From positions 59,026,001 to 59,090,000 of the forward strand of contig NW_024704743.1 in NCBI RefSeq assembly GCF_018977255.1: a stretch of DNA of 64,000 bases, written 5' to 3'. The first letter of the stretch is position 1; each line of letters begins with the position of its first letter. Both the position numbers and the translations under genes were made by a program. The notes below the pieces were generated by a model that was given only the letters and a program-made list of their open reading frames with translations, made no database searches and was not told where the DNA came from. Source of the DNA: Callorhinchus milii (taxonomy: Eukaryota). Shown piece after piece: positions 40,671-53,559 of the stretch.

Positions 40671-41088
40671 CACCTGTAGTTCCGACTGTCTTCACATGTC
40701 AGTCCATTGAAGAAGGAGCACCTGAAACGGAAAGACATTGCATTCCTGGTGAAAGAGATCTGGATGGAGGTGAATATTAGGTGTTGCTCATTTGGAATGG
40801 TAATATTATAATATATAGTCTAGAAGAACCCTTGCTGGCAAGCTGCTCAGTGGTTCTAGCTAATATTAAACATTTGAAAGTTTGCAAGGTGGGGCATTAG
40901 TGACCATATAGCCCAGTGAATCACACTTGCTATGGCCCTAATGAACTTTGAAAAGAGTTGATGTCCCACCAATGTTTTAATTTCGGTGCGCAATATTATT
41001 CTCACTGCATTCCCAGCTTGCATTTCCCCCACCCCTCCTCCCAACATATGATTACTTTCTCCTCAGTCTCAGCCACATGACACACATT

Positions 41089-41985
41089 CATAACATAACT
41101 TAATATGTAGGAGCAGGAGTAGGCCATTCGGCCCTTCGAGCCTGCCCCGCCATTCAATCATGGCTGATCTTCTAATCCAACTCCAGTTAATAACCTGACC
41201 CTGCCTTATCCCCATATCCCTTAATCCCTTTTGCAATAAGAAATCTATCTCAGTATGGAATATGTTCAAGGACTGAGCGTCAACAGCCCTTTGGGGTAGT
41301 GAGTTCCATACATTCACCACCCTATGAGTGAAGAAGTTCTTCCTCAACTCAGTGCAAAAGGGATGGCCTCTGATTTTAAGGTTGTGACCCCTGGTTTTAG
41401 TTTCTCCAACCAGGGGAAACAATCTCTCACTACTCTATCATGCCCTTTGATGATCTTATAGGTTTCTATAAGATCCCCTCTAATTCTTCTATATTAATAA
41501 TCCTTGCATTTGATATAGAGCTTTTCACGTCAGGAGGACCTCCCAAAGCGCTTCACAGAACACACTGTAAAGTGAATTGACTGTATATTTGTGGGCGAAC
41601 GCGGCAGCCAATTGCGCACAGCAATGTCCCACAAACAGTCGTAGATTGAAAATGACCAATTTATTATTGTTTTGGGTTTTGGAGGGATTATTATTAGGCG
41701 TGTGGAGTAAGGAAACTTGCCCAAGGTTTCGCCCTGCCTGGAATTGAACTCAGGCCTCTCGCTTGCAAAGCGAGTGCTCTAACCACTGAGCTACAGGATA
41801 TTCTAGAGAATATAGGCCCAAATTGGTCAGCCTATCCTCGTAACTCATCCCCTTCATCCCTGGCACTAACCTAGTAAATCTACGCTGCACCCCCTCCAAG
41901 GCAAGTACATCCTACCTTAAATGAGGAGACCAAAACTGGACACAGTATTCCAGGTGTGGTCTCACCAGAGCCCTATACAGTTGGA
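41089..41985 (-). mobile_element. 5'-truncated CR1-clade LINE 3' end, interrupted by a SINE
   Basis: Translates LYRALVRPHLEYCVQFWSPHL and TRGHNLKIRG...RKNFFTHRVVNVWNSLP. Colinear with the 46-47 kb copy. 3' tail ggagcaggagtaggccattcgg plus (cataa) repeats. Confidence 0.92.
41496..41797 (-). mobile_element. Type A SINE inserted in CR1, ATATT target-site duplication
   Basis: ATATT at 41491-41495 and 41798-41802. Removing the SINE restores the CR1 sequence seen intact at 46461-46490. Confidence 0.92.
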
Positions 41986-43479
41986 ATGTATCTGAAACTA
42001 TTTTGTTCAAAGTCTGAAAACAGAACTGCCAAATCTTCTCTGTAATATGGAAGTTGTTTCTACTTACATAAGTCACCCGTCTACTTGCATAAGTCACTCT
42101 AATACTGGTGTGCTATTCAAACGGTAATTTCTCTCAGTTGTTATTCTCCGCTAAAAATGACACGAAGAAAGGCATGATATTGTTGTTTTTCTTTGTGGAA
42201 GGTAGCAGATAATTAGTTCGAAGGGCATCATCATGTTGCAACTCATGGACATTTCCACGGATGTCATCATTGTTACTTTGTGGTTAGCCCACAAAAAGGG
42301 AATTTCATTGATGTGGAAATGTACTCAACTACAGTCAGTTTTGTAGCGCTCTCCAACAGGTATTATGTTAAAGGGCCAAGGCTTGGTCACTTGGGAGGGA
42401 AAACTGAGAGAGTACTCTTCATTTTGTTTGGATTGCAATAAGGTGATTCATGTCCATTGTGTTGCAGTGCTTCACAAAACCAGAAAAATATTTTGTAGAA
42501 CGGTTTCCTCGTAATAGTACTTTAATATAACTTTAATAGGTGTAATTTTGGAGATGGTTTTATGCAATTTATCTACTTCTGGCTCTATATCTGCCTCACT
42601 GGGAAAAAGAAAGTACAAGAAATTAAATTTCCTTTATTTATTTTCTTTTATTAAGGTTTATTACTTTCTGAAGAAACCTGTTTTCATAATGGGATTTCCA
42701 TAATTTGTAACTAAGAACCAAATTCATGGAATGAAACTCGAAAGTTCCTTTGAACTTTATGTTCCATTTATAGTTGAAAACCTAACCATGGAATATAACC
42801 ATAAAGGTACCACAGCCCAATTAACATTAGTGGTAATATTTAACGTTTTAAATTCAGTTTGGGTGGCGTCGTGTTAAATTCCTTGCATCATTGGGTTCAG
42901 AGTTGCCCAAATTCCAACAAAAGCAATGGATAATCTTAGCCCAGTTTCCAGCATTTATAGAATCCACAGCTCAAATCGCTCACATTTATCAATCATCAGT
43001 TGCTTGATTTTATACAATCCAGGACAAAGTAGGTTGATTGAAGAATCTAAAATATTACATATAGCAGCTCCCCTAGCCAATATGGCAACAAAAAGTTTAA
43101 ATAGCAAGGCTTCAGATCAAAAGCAGACTCTTCAAATAGAATTGTTAAAAAGATCATGGTTGACAAATAATCTGTCATTGGTTATTGCACAGCCCGTATT
43201 TCTGTGTGTGTGAGAGAGAGGGGTGGGGGGGAGGGATCGATTTACAACTAGAATTTAAAATAAATACAGCCCTACTTGAGTATTGTGTTCTGGGTTGGTA
43301 AAGGTAAAACGATGGGCAATAAAATTAATTCATGAGATTGGGCACCTGAGCTTTGAGGAGAGATTGCATGCAGAAGCTGGCAATGTTTACAGAGCATTGA
43401 ATAGATGATTGAAGAGGTGAACGTATTTCTCTTCCAGCTCCTAAACAATAGAGATAAACTTGTCTCCATATTCAGTATG

Positions 43480-44240
43480 ATCAAGAGGTCTACAAGATGG
43501 GGTCATGGTCTAAATTCATTAACGGGTGGATAGAAAAACAGTTTTGAATATTATAAGTACATTTATCATTTTGTTCATGAATAATAAATAGTGTGAACAG
43601 CCAGGGTCCAGATCAAATGGCCTCTAGAGAACTCTACTTGTCACTGCTACATGCATTCCCATCCAGCAACCAAATTTACCAATATTCCTGAGACCTTTTC
43701 TTCTCTAAAAGTGTTACACAAAGAAGTTTAGCAAACATTTTGTAAAAGTTTAAGTAAATTTTATCCACTAGATAGATCTTGTTTGCTAGTTTAGTTACCT
43801 CCTCAAAGACTGCCAAAAGATTTGTGAGGGTTGATCTATTTGTGAGGGATGATCTTATGAGAGATGATCTATTTAATAAAACCGCGTTATCAATTTAATA
43901 ACACTCTTCACGGTCTCCATGATTGTTAGATAAATAGCAATAGTATCCTGTGCAACCATTTGAGCATATCTCCACCATCAGCATTAGATTAATCAGTCTA
44001 AAATTCCCAGCTTCACCTCTCACTTTTTTGAATTTTGGGATAGCATTCATTCCAGTGCTCCAGTATAGCCCCATATTATGGGACTTCTGATATTAACTGT
44101 AACCCCATCTGTTCTCTCCATTACCTTTCGGATTCCAGGGTGTATTCCATCTGGTTCAGGTCCCCTGTTGACATTTAATTCCTTGAGGTTTGCTCGTAAA
44201 TTAGCACATACAGACTTCTCAATATGTTACAAATTCCTGA
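43480..44240 (-). mobile_element. Old degraded CR1 RT-region fragment
   Basis: Minus strand shows remnants of GPEPDGIHP (~44140-44165), P.FKK...GNFRLINL (~43985-44045) and a decayed SGVPQGSVLGP-like stretch (~43605-43645). Confidence 0.6.
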
Positions 44241-44694
44241 GACAATTTGCTGAACCTGGAATTTGTGTGTAGTCTCCTTTACCCAATTACTATCTCCTAC
44301 CTGGCAAGCCTGAAACACACCCCATCCCCATCTTTTTCCTCTCACCTTCATGGAAACCTGCCAGCCAGACTCCCTTTCTTTGTACGCATCAAAATAATTC
44401 CATAAATAATACAACTTGTACAGCCCTCTATTCATACCATTGTGTAAGAAGTGAATATTTGGCAATATTCAAAGTCAACAAATAAAGTTGAGGACATATA
44501 TATAATGACCTTTTGCTGGGTATCTCTCTCACACAACTGAGTGATGATTCTAGGCCAATGTTGCTATGTTTGTTTTAAGCCATCTTCTGCAAATGTTATT
44601 TCAGATCACTTATAGGGCCAGTGGCACTGCAGGAATTCTGCCACTTGGTTAATCAGTCATCAATTAATATATTTTGCAGCCAACTATTAAAACT

Positions 44695-45150
44695 GAAACT
44701 CCAGGGCACTGCTGATGACAGCACAGCCAACCTGGATAATTGGAAGGGCAGACCAGTCACTGGGGGCAGGGAATCCTCCCACTCAGCTCCTGTTAACCCT
44801 GCAAGCCAAAGCCCTAATGGGTAGGGTGGTGCTAGCTAGACCAGTAGCGGGAAACTTTTCCAAACAATGATACCAATGGCAAGCTATGCATTTTTAGTTG
44901 GTTGGAACAACTCACACTCTGGGGTCCCCAAGCTTTGGCTCTTACCATCCTGCCCCTGATACTTTCTGGAATTAGGTAAGCAGGATGCTTCCCCTAGGGA
45001 GAGAGCGTGCATTCCATTCCACCAATCTATCTCTGGGATTTCTATGTGTTGGTGGGATGCATGGAATTTTCAGCTTAGTTTGGATACTCGTAAGCACGGT
45101 GATGTGTTTCTGCATGTGTCAGATATCCGACTGACCCCCAAAAAAATTAT
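44695..45150 (+). repeat. Unclassified repeat, 3' part; a further short 3' piece at 45245-45315
   Basis: cagtcactgggggcagggaatcc...tgttaaccctgcaagccaaagccc...ggggtccccaagctttggctcttacc...gtttggatactcgtaagcacggtgatg...ccgactgacccccaaaaaaa. Confidence 0.75.
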
Positions 45151-45979
45151 CCACACACACATCTGTTCCCATTCAGAAATGAATGTCATGTAATATTTTT
45201 ATCTAAGTTTATGTTAATGGTCTTAACTTATCACTGTGGAACTCTCATCTTGGTTTGGATACTGTTAAGCATGGTGATGGGTGCGTCAGACAAATGATTG
45301 ACCAAACAAAATTCACAACCTTCTGACCCAGTGGTGAGAGTGTTAACAACTGAACCGGGCTTACATCTAAGTTGAAGAGTCATGGTTTAACAAAATTACA
45401 AGTTTACATAAATTTACGTTCCTCTGAGTTTAAAGAATAAAGGTAAAATACACATGTTCCCGAAGAGGGAATAGAGAAATAGAAGCAGAAGTCGTTTGAA
45501 ACATAGAAGAGCCATTTTTATTTGTACGCAAAATTTTGTGGTGCTTATTTTTGCAGTTTTAGTTTTTCTTCTGAAAAAATTACTGAAATAAGCCAATTGG
45601 AATTTCCCTGCATCTTCCAATCATAAGGGTTAAAAGAATTTTAATGCAGAATTTTCAGTTTGTCTGAGTTTCAAGATCTGAATAATAAATAATAAAAGTA
45701 AAACAAAATACAGATGTTGAGGGTTTAGTTAAAGAGATCAATAAGCAACTCAGTTATCTCCCACCTTCAAAGGCCAATGACAATGTTTTTAGAAATTTGT
45801 CAGGTCTGCTGCCCTTATAACTCAATGTCACTTATCTTCAATTTAGCACCAAAATATAGAACTACTGAATAATGTTTTGCAAATTCACACTTAATAAGTA
45901 TTTCAGGATAGCTAAATATTTTTTCAAAGAAACAAGATTTTTGGTGGACAGGCAAAAGCGTTTCAAACCAAATAAACTG

Positions 45980-47335
45980 CAAAACATTTTGTAAAAGGTT
46001 AATTAAATTTGAACAAGATGGATCTTGTTCACCAGTTTAGTTACCTCCTCAAAGAGTACCAGGAGATTTATGAGAACATAAGAACATAAGAATTAGGAGT
46101 AGGAGTAGGCCATTTGGCCCCTCGAGCCTACCCCGCCATTCGATAAGATCATGGCTGATCTTCTGACCTAACTCTAATTACCTGCCCTATCTCCTAATCC
46201 TTCTATTTTTTAAAAATCTATCAGTCTCAGCCTTGAAGATGTTCAAGGACTGAGCTTCTACAGCCTTCTGGGGTAGTGAATTCCATAAATTCACTACTCT
46301 CTGAGTGAAGAACTGTTTCCTCAACTCTGTTCTAAAAGGCTGGCCCCTAATTTTAAGACTGTGATCCCTGGTTATAGATTCTCCTACCAGGGGAAACAGA
46401 CCCTCAGTGTCTACTTTATTCAGCCCTTTAAGAATCTTATATGTTTCAATAAGATCTCCCCTAATTCTTCTGTACTCTAGAGAATATAGCCCTAGTTTAT
46501 TCAGCCTATCCTCTTAGGTCAGTCCCCTCATCCCAGGAACTAACCGAGTGAATCTACGCTGCACCCCCTCTAGGGCAAGTATGTCCTTTTTAAATAAGGA
46601 GACCAAAACTACACACAATACTCTAGGTGCGGTCTCACCAAGACCCTAGAGTTGCAGCAAGACTTCCCTACTCTTGTACTCTAAACCTTTTGCAATGAAC
46701 GCTAACATGCCGTTTGCCTTCTTAGTTGCTTGCTGCACCTGCAAACTAACTTTTTGAGACTGGTGTACAAGGACACCCAAATCCCTCTGAACACGAACAC
46801 TATCTAATCTCTCCCCCTCTAGAAAATAATCTGTTTTTCTATTTTTTCTACCTAGGTGAATAACTTCACACTTCCCCACATTAAATTCCATCTGCCACCT
46901 ACTCGCCCACTCCCCTAGCCTATCTATATCCCATTGCAATCTTTTTGCATCATCCTCAGAGCTTACTCTCCCACCTAGTTTAGTGTCATCCACGAATTTA
47001 GATACGTTACATTCATTGTCCTTGTCTAGATCATTGATGTAAATTGTAAATAGCTGAGGCCCAAGCACTGATCCTTGTGACACTCCACTAGTCACAACCT
47101 GCCAATTCGAGAATGACCCGTTTATCACTACTCTCTGTTTTCTACCCATTAGCCACTCTTCAATCCATGCTAATATGTTCCCATTAATCCCGTGGGCCCT
47201 AGCCTTGTGATGAGAGATGATCTATTTAATAAAATTTTGCTAACCACTCTTTAAGGTCTTTGTGCTCGTGAGATAGCTAACGATAGCATCCTGCGCAACC
47301 ATTTGAGCATTTCTCCACCATCTATTCTAGATTAA
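45980..47335 (-). mobile_element. Old CR1 fragment (45980-46075 plus 47210-47335) split by the younger CR1
   Basis: The two flanks rejoin into a sequence that aligns with 43730-43995 (ttagttacctcctcaaaga...atgagagatgatctatttaataaa...caaccatttgagcat). Confidence 0.75.
46076..47209 (-). mobile_element. 5'-truncated CR1-clade LINE, RT C-terminal half plus 3' UTR, relatively young but defective
   Basis: ORF 46646-47149 has SGVSQGSVLGPQLFTIYINDL, KFVDDTKL (FADD variant), WQMEFNVGKC and RDLGVLV, with a premature stop. (TTCTTATG)n-type tail at ~46076-46092. Flanked by ATGAGA direct repeats. Confidence 0.95.
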
Positions 47336-47989
47336 TTTCAAACTCCACACCCACCCCTCCATCTTCACATTACACCCATCAGTCCCATCTCGCTCCAGAA
47401 ACTCATCTAATTGTCTCTTAAATACAATTCGCTTCAATAGGCTTCCCGGGTAAAGTACTTAAAAAATGTATTATCCTTTTTGCAAAAACAGGTCTGCCTG
47501 ATTTCCCTTCCTAAATTTTAACTGGTGCTGTGTTTCAAACCTTCACATTGATGAACAAATTGCTTAGGTCAACATTGTTCATTTATTTTGTAATGCATTT
47601 CTTATTCTCCTCAAGTGGTCTAAATTAATCCTGGGTTATCATGGCTATTTAGCACCTTGGGACGTCCTCTCGATGTGAAAGGTGCTATACAAATGTAATC
47701 TTGTATTGTATTGTATGATTGAAATCTAAATATTTGTAACTGGAATAATAATTGCAAATTCTTAAAGGTTTGACCGTTTTTTCTATTTGCTGTTTATTTG
47801 TGATAATCACAAATTTGCCTTCTAGATTTATTGATTTCTCTCTTTTGATTTGTTGTGATGTTTTTACTGTATAATTCACTTTTTTTAAAAAACACAGGCA
47901 GACCCAGAGGATATGAAGAGGGGTGGCAGAAGTTACATTGAGTGGAGTCTGGGGTCCTCAGCATTTACTCACTATAGATGTTTAAGATA

Positions 47990-48190
47990 ATGCATTTATC
48001 AGTACCTTAGGGTTTGCTGAGAATAGCAAATAGCATTGATGTGTTTAAGAGAAAGCCTGATGAAGACTTGAGGGAGAAGGGAATTGAAATGCTATAGGGG
48101 AGGGCATTAGGAGCGATGGGGGCTCATCTGTATAAACACCAGTCTGGATTAGTTGGATCAATTGATCTGTTTTCGTACCACTCTATATAA
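47990..48190 (+). mobile_element. Old CR1 3' end remnant
   Basis: aaatagcattgatgtgtttaagagaaagcctgatgaagacttgagggagaaggg...tataaacaccagtctggattagttgg is CR1 3'-like. Confidence 0.55.
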
Positions 48191-48649
48191 CATAGCTTCA
48201 ATTTTTCATTGTTGATTTCATAGTTCCATTCATTTAAAGTGAGCCAAACTACAGCAAATTTAAACATGTGACAGAGGCTATCGAACAAATAGAATTTAAA
48301 ATACCATTTGTGATTCAAAATAACAAAAACATTTTTCCCACATATTGTCAAAAATCCTAAATCATACTAGCTTTGAGTACACACAGGGTTTATTAGTTCT
48401 CCCTGAAAAGATAGCCTATAGAAACTTGTTTGCTATTAAAGTATTAATAGTTTGGACAAAACACACACCTGTCTTAAAGGAAGGTGTGAAAAGTGGCATT
48501 TATTTGAGCCAAAAGTGGGGACTGAGCTCCTAAGAATTTATTGACTGTTGAGGATTAAGTTGATAAGATAAGATGCAGATAAGATGAATAAGGCTTTGTA
48601 AACACTGGGTCAGATAAAAGACTGAAGGGGATAAGTTGCTCCTTCCTAC

Positions 48650-48820
48650 CTATGTGACCTGCTAACACCACATCAACCTGTTCGCTCCCTCTGCTCAGCA
48701 GACTGTGGCTGCTCCAGGTCCCCTGCCATCGACGTCGGCCTTCAGCCTCTCTGCCCCAACCTTTGGAACTCTATCCCGCCATGAAATTTGCTATATAAAT
48801 GTCATTTTGTATTGTTTTGT
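48650..48820 (+). mobile_element. L2 3' end remnant
   Basis: gccttcagcctctctgccccaacctttggaactct (AFS..AP.LWNS) and a ctatataaatg tail. Confidence 0.6.
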
Positions 48821-51800
48821 AACTCTACTCTTAAGGCTGAATCCGAGGAACCTTTGATGAAGAGGGCAAATGCTGGCGGGAAAGTAACTGTCCTTTAGGT
48901 CAACTGAGTAAAGCCTGCTTCACACACACTACTTAAATTATAATGCCGGTGTTAGCAGCTTTTCTCTTGTTTGAGGAACTTGTTGAGTTGCCTTGAGAAC
49001 TACTATAGAACAATAATTGTGGGCTTCCTGAGTATCACAAAATTGGGTAATAAAAGCATTTGTAACCCTTTAGCAGTTTAATAACTTACACTGGACCACC
49101 CTGGTGTTACAAATGTGAGTAAGCCTCACCAACCAATGAGTTGTACAGCATAGATCACACAAGCATTAACATGAGCCCATTCCTCTTATTCAGTCAGATT
49201 TCCCCCTTGGGGCTCTCTGCAGCTCGAGTGGTCTCGAGGACCATTTGAACAAGCTTAACCATTAGGGAGTGCCATGGTGGAGCCTTTGATGGATGTGCAA
49301 GGGGAATGATATCTACAACAGCAGCAACTTGCATTTGTATAGCGCCCTTCACACAGGGTAGCGTCCCAGAGCGCTTATCTACAGTGGTCATGGATTACAT
49401 TAGAGGCATTAGACTTCCACCTATGACTACTTGCAACTTGTAAGCAGCATCAATCTGACCCTAGTACCCTCCCAAGAGGAAGGTCTTTTGGTATCTGAAC
49501 ATCGCTGTTAATTGCAGATTGCTCACTGAAGCGTCACCATGTAGTGAAAACAAGTCAGATCAACAAAAACTAGGGAACCCCTTGCACAATAATACCCATC
49601 TCACTTTAGGACCACAAAGCTACCATAGAGACTTCAGAGTGCAGTTTTATTAATACCATCTGTAGCTGAGAATCTAGAGCAGGAGTATCTCCTAGTGGGG
49701 TAATTTACTGGGCCAATTGTAACAGGCTGAAGATTCTTCACTTGCTCCTTAGTTATGGTGTGGAGTGATAATTTTGGTACCTGAAGTAGATACTGTTTAG
49801 AACACTGATTAGGGCAGAACCAATACCCTCATTTGTCACAGGACCAGTTGGCACATATGACATACATGCTTTTATTTGAATCCTTTCCTCTCTAATTTGC
49901 TGAGGTCTTTTCATTAAGTCCCATTGTATGTAGGAAGAGATACCAACCTATGTGTTACGTTTCACAGGCACACAATGAGTCAAATCGCCTTCTCCTGTGA
50001 TGGACATTTCTGTACTGAGGCCTCACACTTTGACCAGAAGCATTAAAGCCACCAATAATGCCCAGCGTGCTACTGTATATAAAAAAGGAACACCACACCA
50101 CTCTCAAATCCAGACTTCTGTGACGTATCTTGATATTAGCTACAGAACCAAATTAAGTTACAGGACAGAAAAAGGTCTGTCAGAAAGAGCTGTTCATTCA
50201 GGTGAATTTTCCTGCCTTCCTAGAAATTTGGCTGGAATAATCTTTTTTGTGGCAAACCATATGCAGTCTGTTTGACAATGCGGTGAAAACTAACTGAAAG
50301 GCCAAAAGAGATCCCTGCCTTGTTCACAGAGCAGTAATCTGGACACACATGGGATGTCTGCCAACAGTGTGGTATCATAAAGCCTGCTTTGGGGAGGATG
50401 CCCAGTTTTTAAATCGATTGTTAATTTTATGATTCTATAATTTCCGATTATTTTATCTTGGGTAATAAGACAAACAAGTTTGTTATACAATTATAGTAAA
50501 TAATAACAATAAATTATGCCCTAATTGTACAGTGCAATTTATAGTGTAATCTTGCAATTCTAGTCTTTTTGAATGAGGCCTTTGAATGCACATGGAAATG
50601 AATTATAAACCTTTCCCACGATGAAACACGAGTAGGGACAGCAATTTTATCTTCCAGTGTTTGAATCTGTATTCAGGTAGCTTTTAACAGAGCTGCTAAC
50701 ATTCCTTAGATCATGAACAAGTAGGCATAAAGCCCGTTTAATGAACTTTATGAATTCAAGTAAATGAAACAAAACCACACGAGAAGTTTCTAAATGCGCA
50801 GTATGAGAACTGTGATTTTGTTAAAATGTCCAGCAATTCAATACCTGTTTTTTGCTTACCCCTATACAAATTACATTCATGGAGAGACAATACCAAATAG
50901 TATATTTATCTCAATATCCTTTCCAGGCATGAAAAGCGCTATATCAAATGCAAGAATTATTATTATTATTAATTGTCCTCATACATGAATAAATACCACA
51001 TAGGAAGAGATGGGATCACCTCTAGTTGAGGGGTAATTGATACAGTGGGGATGGGATGCCTTTTTGAATGCCACTGCATTTTAGTGGGATTTCTATCCTG
51101 AGATTTTTGTCAAATGAGTTTGTCAAACTCTGCGCACAGCCTGGATGATTCCCAATGCTTTTTTTTATTTATGAATGCCTGCTGCTGTAGTCAGTCTGCT
51201 TATTAATATAATGGATGCAAGCATTACATTGCAGTCCAGTCTGTGAATGTTAATAAGCAGTGTGTGTGTGTGCTCATTGAGGTTACTCTGCAGAGATGCG
51301 ATACTGACACGGTAAATTGAAACTCTTATTGTACCCAATCCTGGGCCAATATAGTGCAAAAAATACATCTTGTGGTCTTGTAAAACTGTATAAGTGTAAC
51401 ATTCTGAGCATATACTCAGAAAGACATTCTGTATGTCTGTTTAACATCTCTACTTATCAGTCACTCAAAATAAGGATTTTAAAACTGCTTCATATTGTCT
51501 TTTACAAACCATCTTTCATAAGGTTGCACCACTGTAACAATTAGAATTAAATGCATTTGAACATCAGTATTCTACTTTACAAGTCTGTTTTCGAAACTAA
51601 AATAAATGATTGGTTATATGTACATACCAACCTTGCTTAAGATATGAAAATATATCTGTGGCTCACCCAAGTAATACCCATTTAAGTATCACTTGATATG
51701 TTTGCTCTGATTTAGAAAATTCCATTTATGTTGCCCTCTAACACATTGCACTCATTGTAGCAGAATACCGGACAGAAAATTGCTCAATTTTCTACAAATA

Positions 51801-51839
51801 GATGAAAGAAACCTGAAGACGATTGTTATTTATTTGGCA

Positions 51840-52200
51840 ATTTTCTTCTCTCCCCACAGCCCCTCTTCTGAAGGCATTGAATCATGCCGGCAGCTCTCCA
51901 GTACCTCAATCAAGTGGCTGTTCTTCATATGTGAGACTAGACAGTGAATGTCAGTGAGCTATTCAACCTTGGGGGGCTTCAGATCCAAGTCTAATCCTGC
52001 TCTCACCAGACATCTATATAGGCACACTTCTCAGGAGCCCTGACTAATTGCTCCTCTCTTAAATCCAAGCTGAGGACCATTGTAGTACCCAACTGGTACA
52101 TCAGCTGATATCAACTAACCTAAGATAATCGAGCCTGGGACCTTCCTTCCCAAAATCCCTATAATGTCAGCCCATCTTACACACTAACTGCTTAACCACT
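51840..52200 (-). mobile_element. Second AmnSINE2-like copy
   Basis: ctcttctgaaggc...ctccagtacctcaatcaagtggc...atcgagcctgggaccttcct is the reverse complement of motifs in 12610-13040. Confidence 0.5.
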
Positions 52201-52235
52201 TTGTCAGCTCCATGGAAAGACAGAAATAAAGACAA

Positions 52236-52554
52236 GGGCTAGTAAACTCAGTGGTTAGAGCACTCACCTTGCAAGCGAGACACTTGGGTTCAATTCCAGG
52301 CAGGGCGAAACCTTGGGCAAGTTTCCTTACTCCACACACCTAATAATAATCCCTCCAAAAAACAAAAACAATAATAATTTGGTCACTTCAATCCACGACT
52401 GTTTGTGGGACACTGCTTTGCGCAATTGGCTGCTGCGTTTCGCCCACAAATATACGGTTAATTCACTTTATAGCATGTTCTGTGAAGCGTTTTGAGACGT
52501 CTAGAAGATGTGAGAAGCGCTATATCAAATGCAAGGATTATTATTGTTATTATT
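52236..52554 (+). mobile_element. Type A SINE, full length
   Basis: Same head, core and tail as 28796-29110. Confidence 0.9.
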
Positions 52555-52581
52555 TAAACTCAATACTGTTTCTATGTAACT

Positions 52582-52916
52582 GTTTGATTCCCAGGCAGGG
52601 TGAAACCTTAGGCACGTTTCCTTACTCCACATGCCTCTGTTTACCTAGCAGTAAGTAGGAACCCAGTTGTTAGTCGATTGGTGGATCGCTTTTTCAGTGG
52701 TAATAATCCCTTCAAAAAAACAAAAATAAAATAATAATAATTTTTGATCACTCAATCCATGACTGTTTGTGGGACACTGCTGTGCACAATTGGCTGCTAT
52801 GTTTCGCCCACAAAATACAGTCAATTCACTTTACAGTATATTCTGTGAAGGACTTTGAGACATTTCGAAGACATGATAAGGTACTATATCAAATGCAAAG
52901 ATTATATTATTATATT
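52582..52916 (+). mobile_element. Type A+ SINE (extra ~64-bp internal module), head-truncated, in tandem after a type A copy
   Basis: Insert ctgtttacctagcagtaagtaggaacccagttgttagtcgattggtggatcgc at ~52637-52700 lies between head and Deu core. Confidence 0.85.
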
Positions 52917-53559
52917 AAAATTTTGGCAAATTCTTAAATTGTCTTAATTTTGGAGATGATTTTCTGTAGTTCCTCAAACAAGCTCTGGATGACCAGTGGC
53001 AAAAATCAAGCCAGAATTTAAAAATTTGCCAAAATGATGTACAATCTGAAGTTTTTAAGACAATAGTGTGAAGGCTAGAAGTGTGTGGAACTTCAGGTCC
53101 TTGGTCTGCATGACACAGACCTGCTCCAACTACTTTAAAGCTGATTTTATAATTCCTTTTTATTAATTATGTTTTAGCATTATTTAATATTCTATTCTTT
53201 TGTAACATGAAAGCCTTTTTAGTTTTCTATATTTTGATTGTAGACCTATTCATCATGTAACCTCTCTTTGAAAACTCTCTGCATTATATCTTTGTTGAGA
53301 AATTCTGTTGACTTGAAATATTCATAATTTTATATTACTAGGTCTGTTTCTGTATCCCAGCAGAAGAAAATAGTGGGTCCATTTCTGGAAGAGAAGAAAT
53401 GGGAAGGAGATGCAATAGTCATTTCACTATTTTGAAAACTAGCTATTGGCCATTGAAAAAATATAAAACAGCCAAATAGGGAATTCTTTGTATTTTGAGG
53501 CCTAAAAAAATCTGTTTAATTCTGTTTTTTCTTGACCAGACGTAGCTGAGCTAGATTTT

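Noticed and set aside
46646..47149. Reverse transcriptase as a domesticated gene or retron-like system
   Set aside because: Ordinary 5'-truncated CR1 with stops, an altered catalytic motif, a tail and a TSD.
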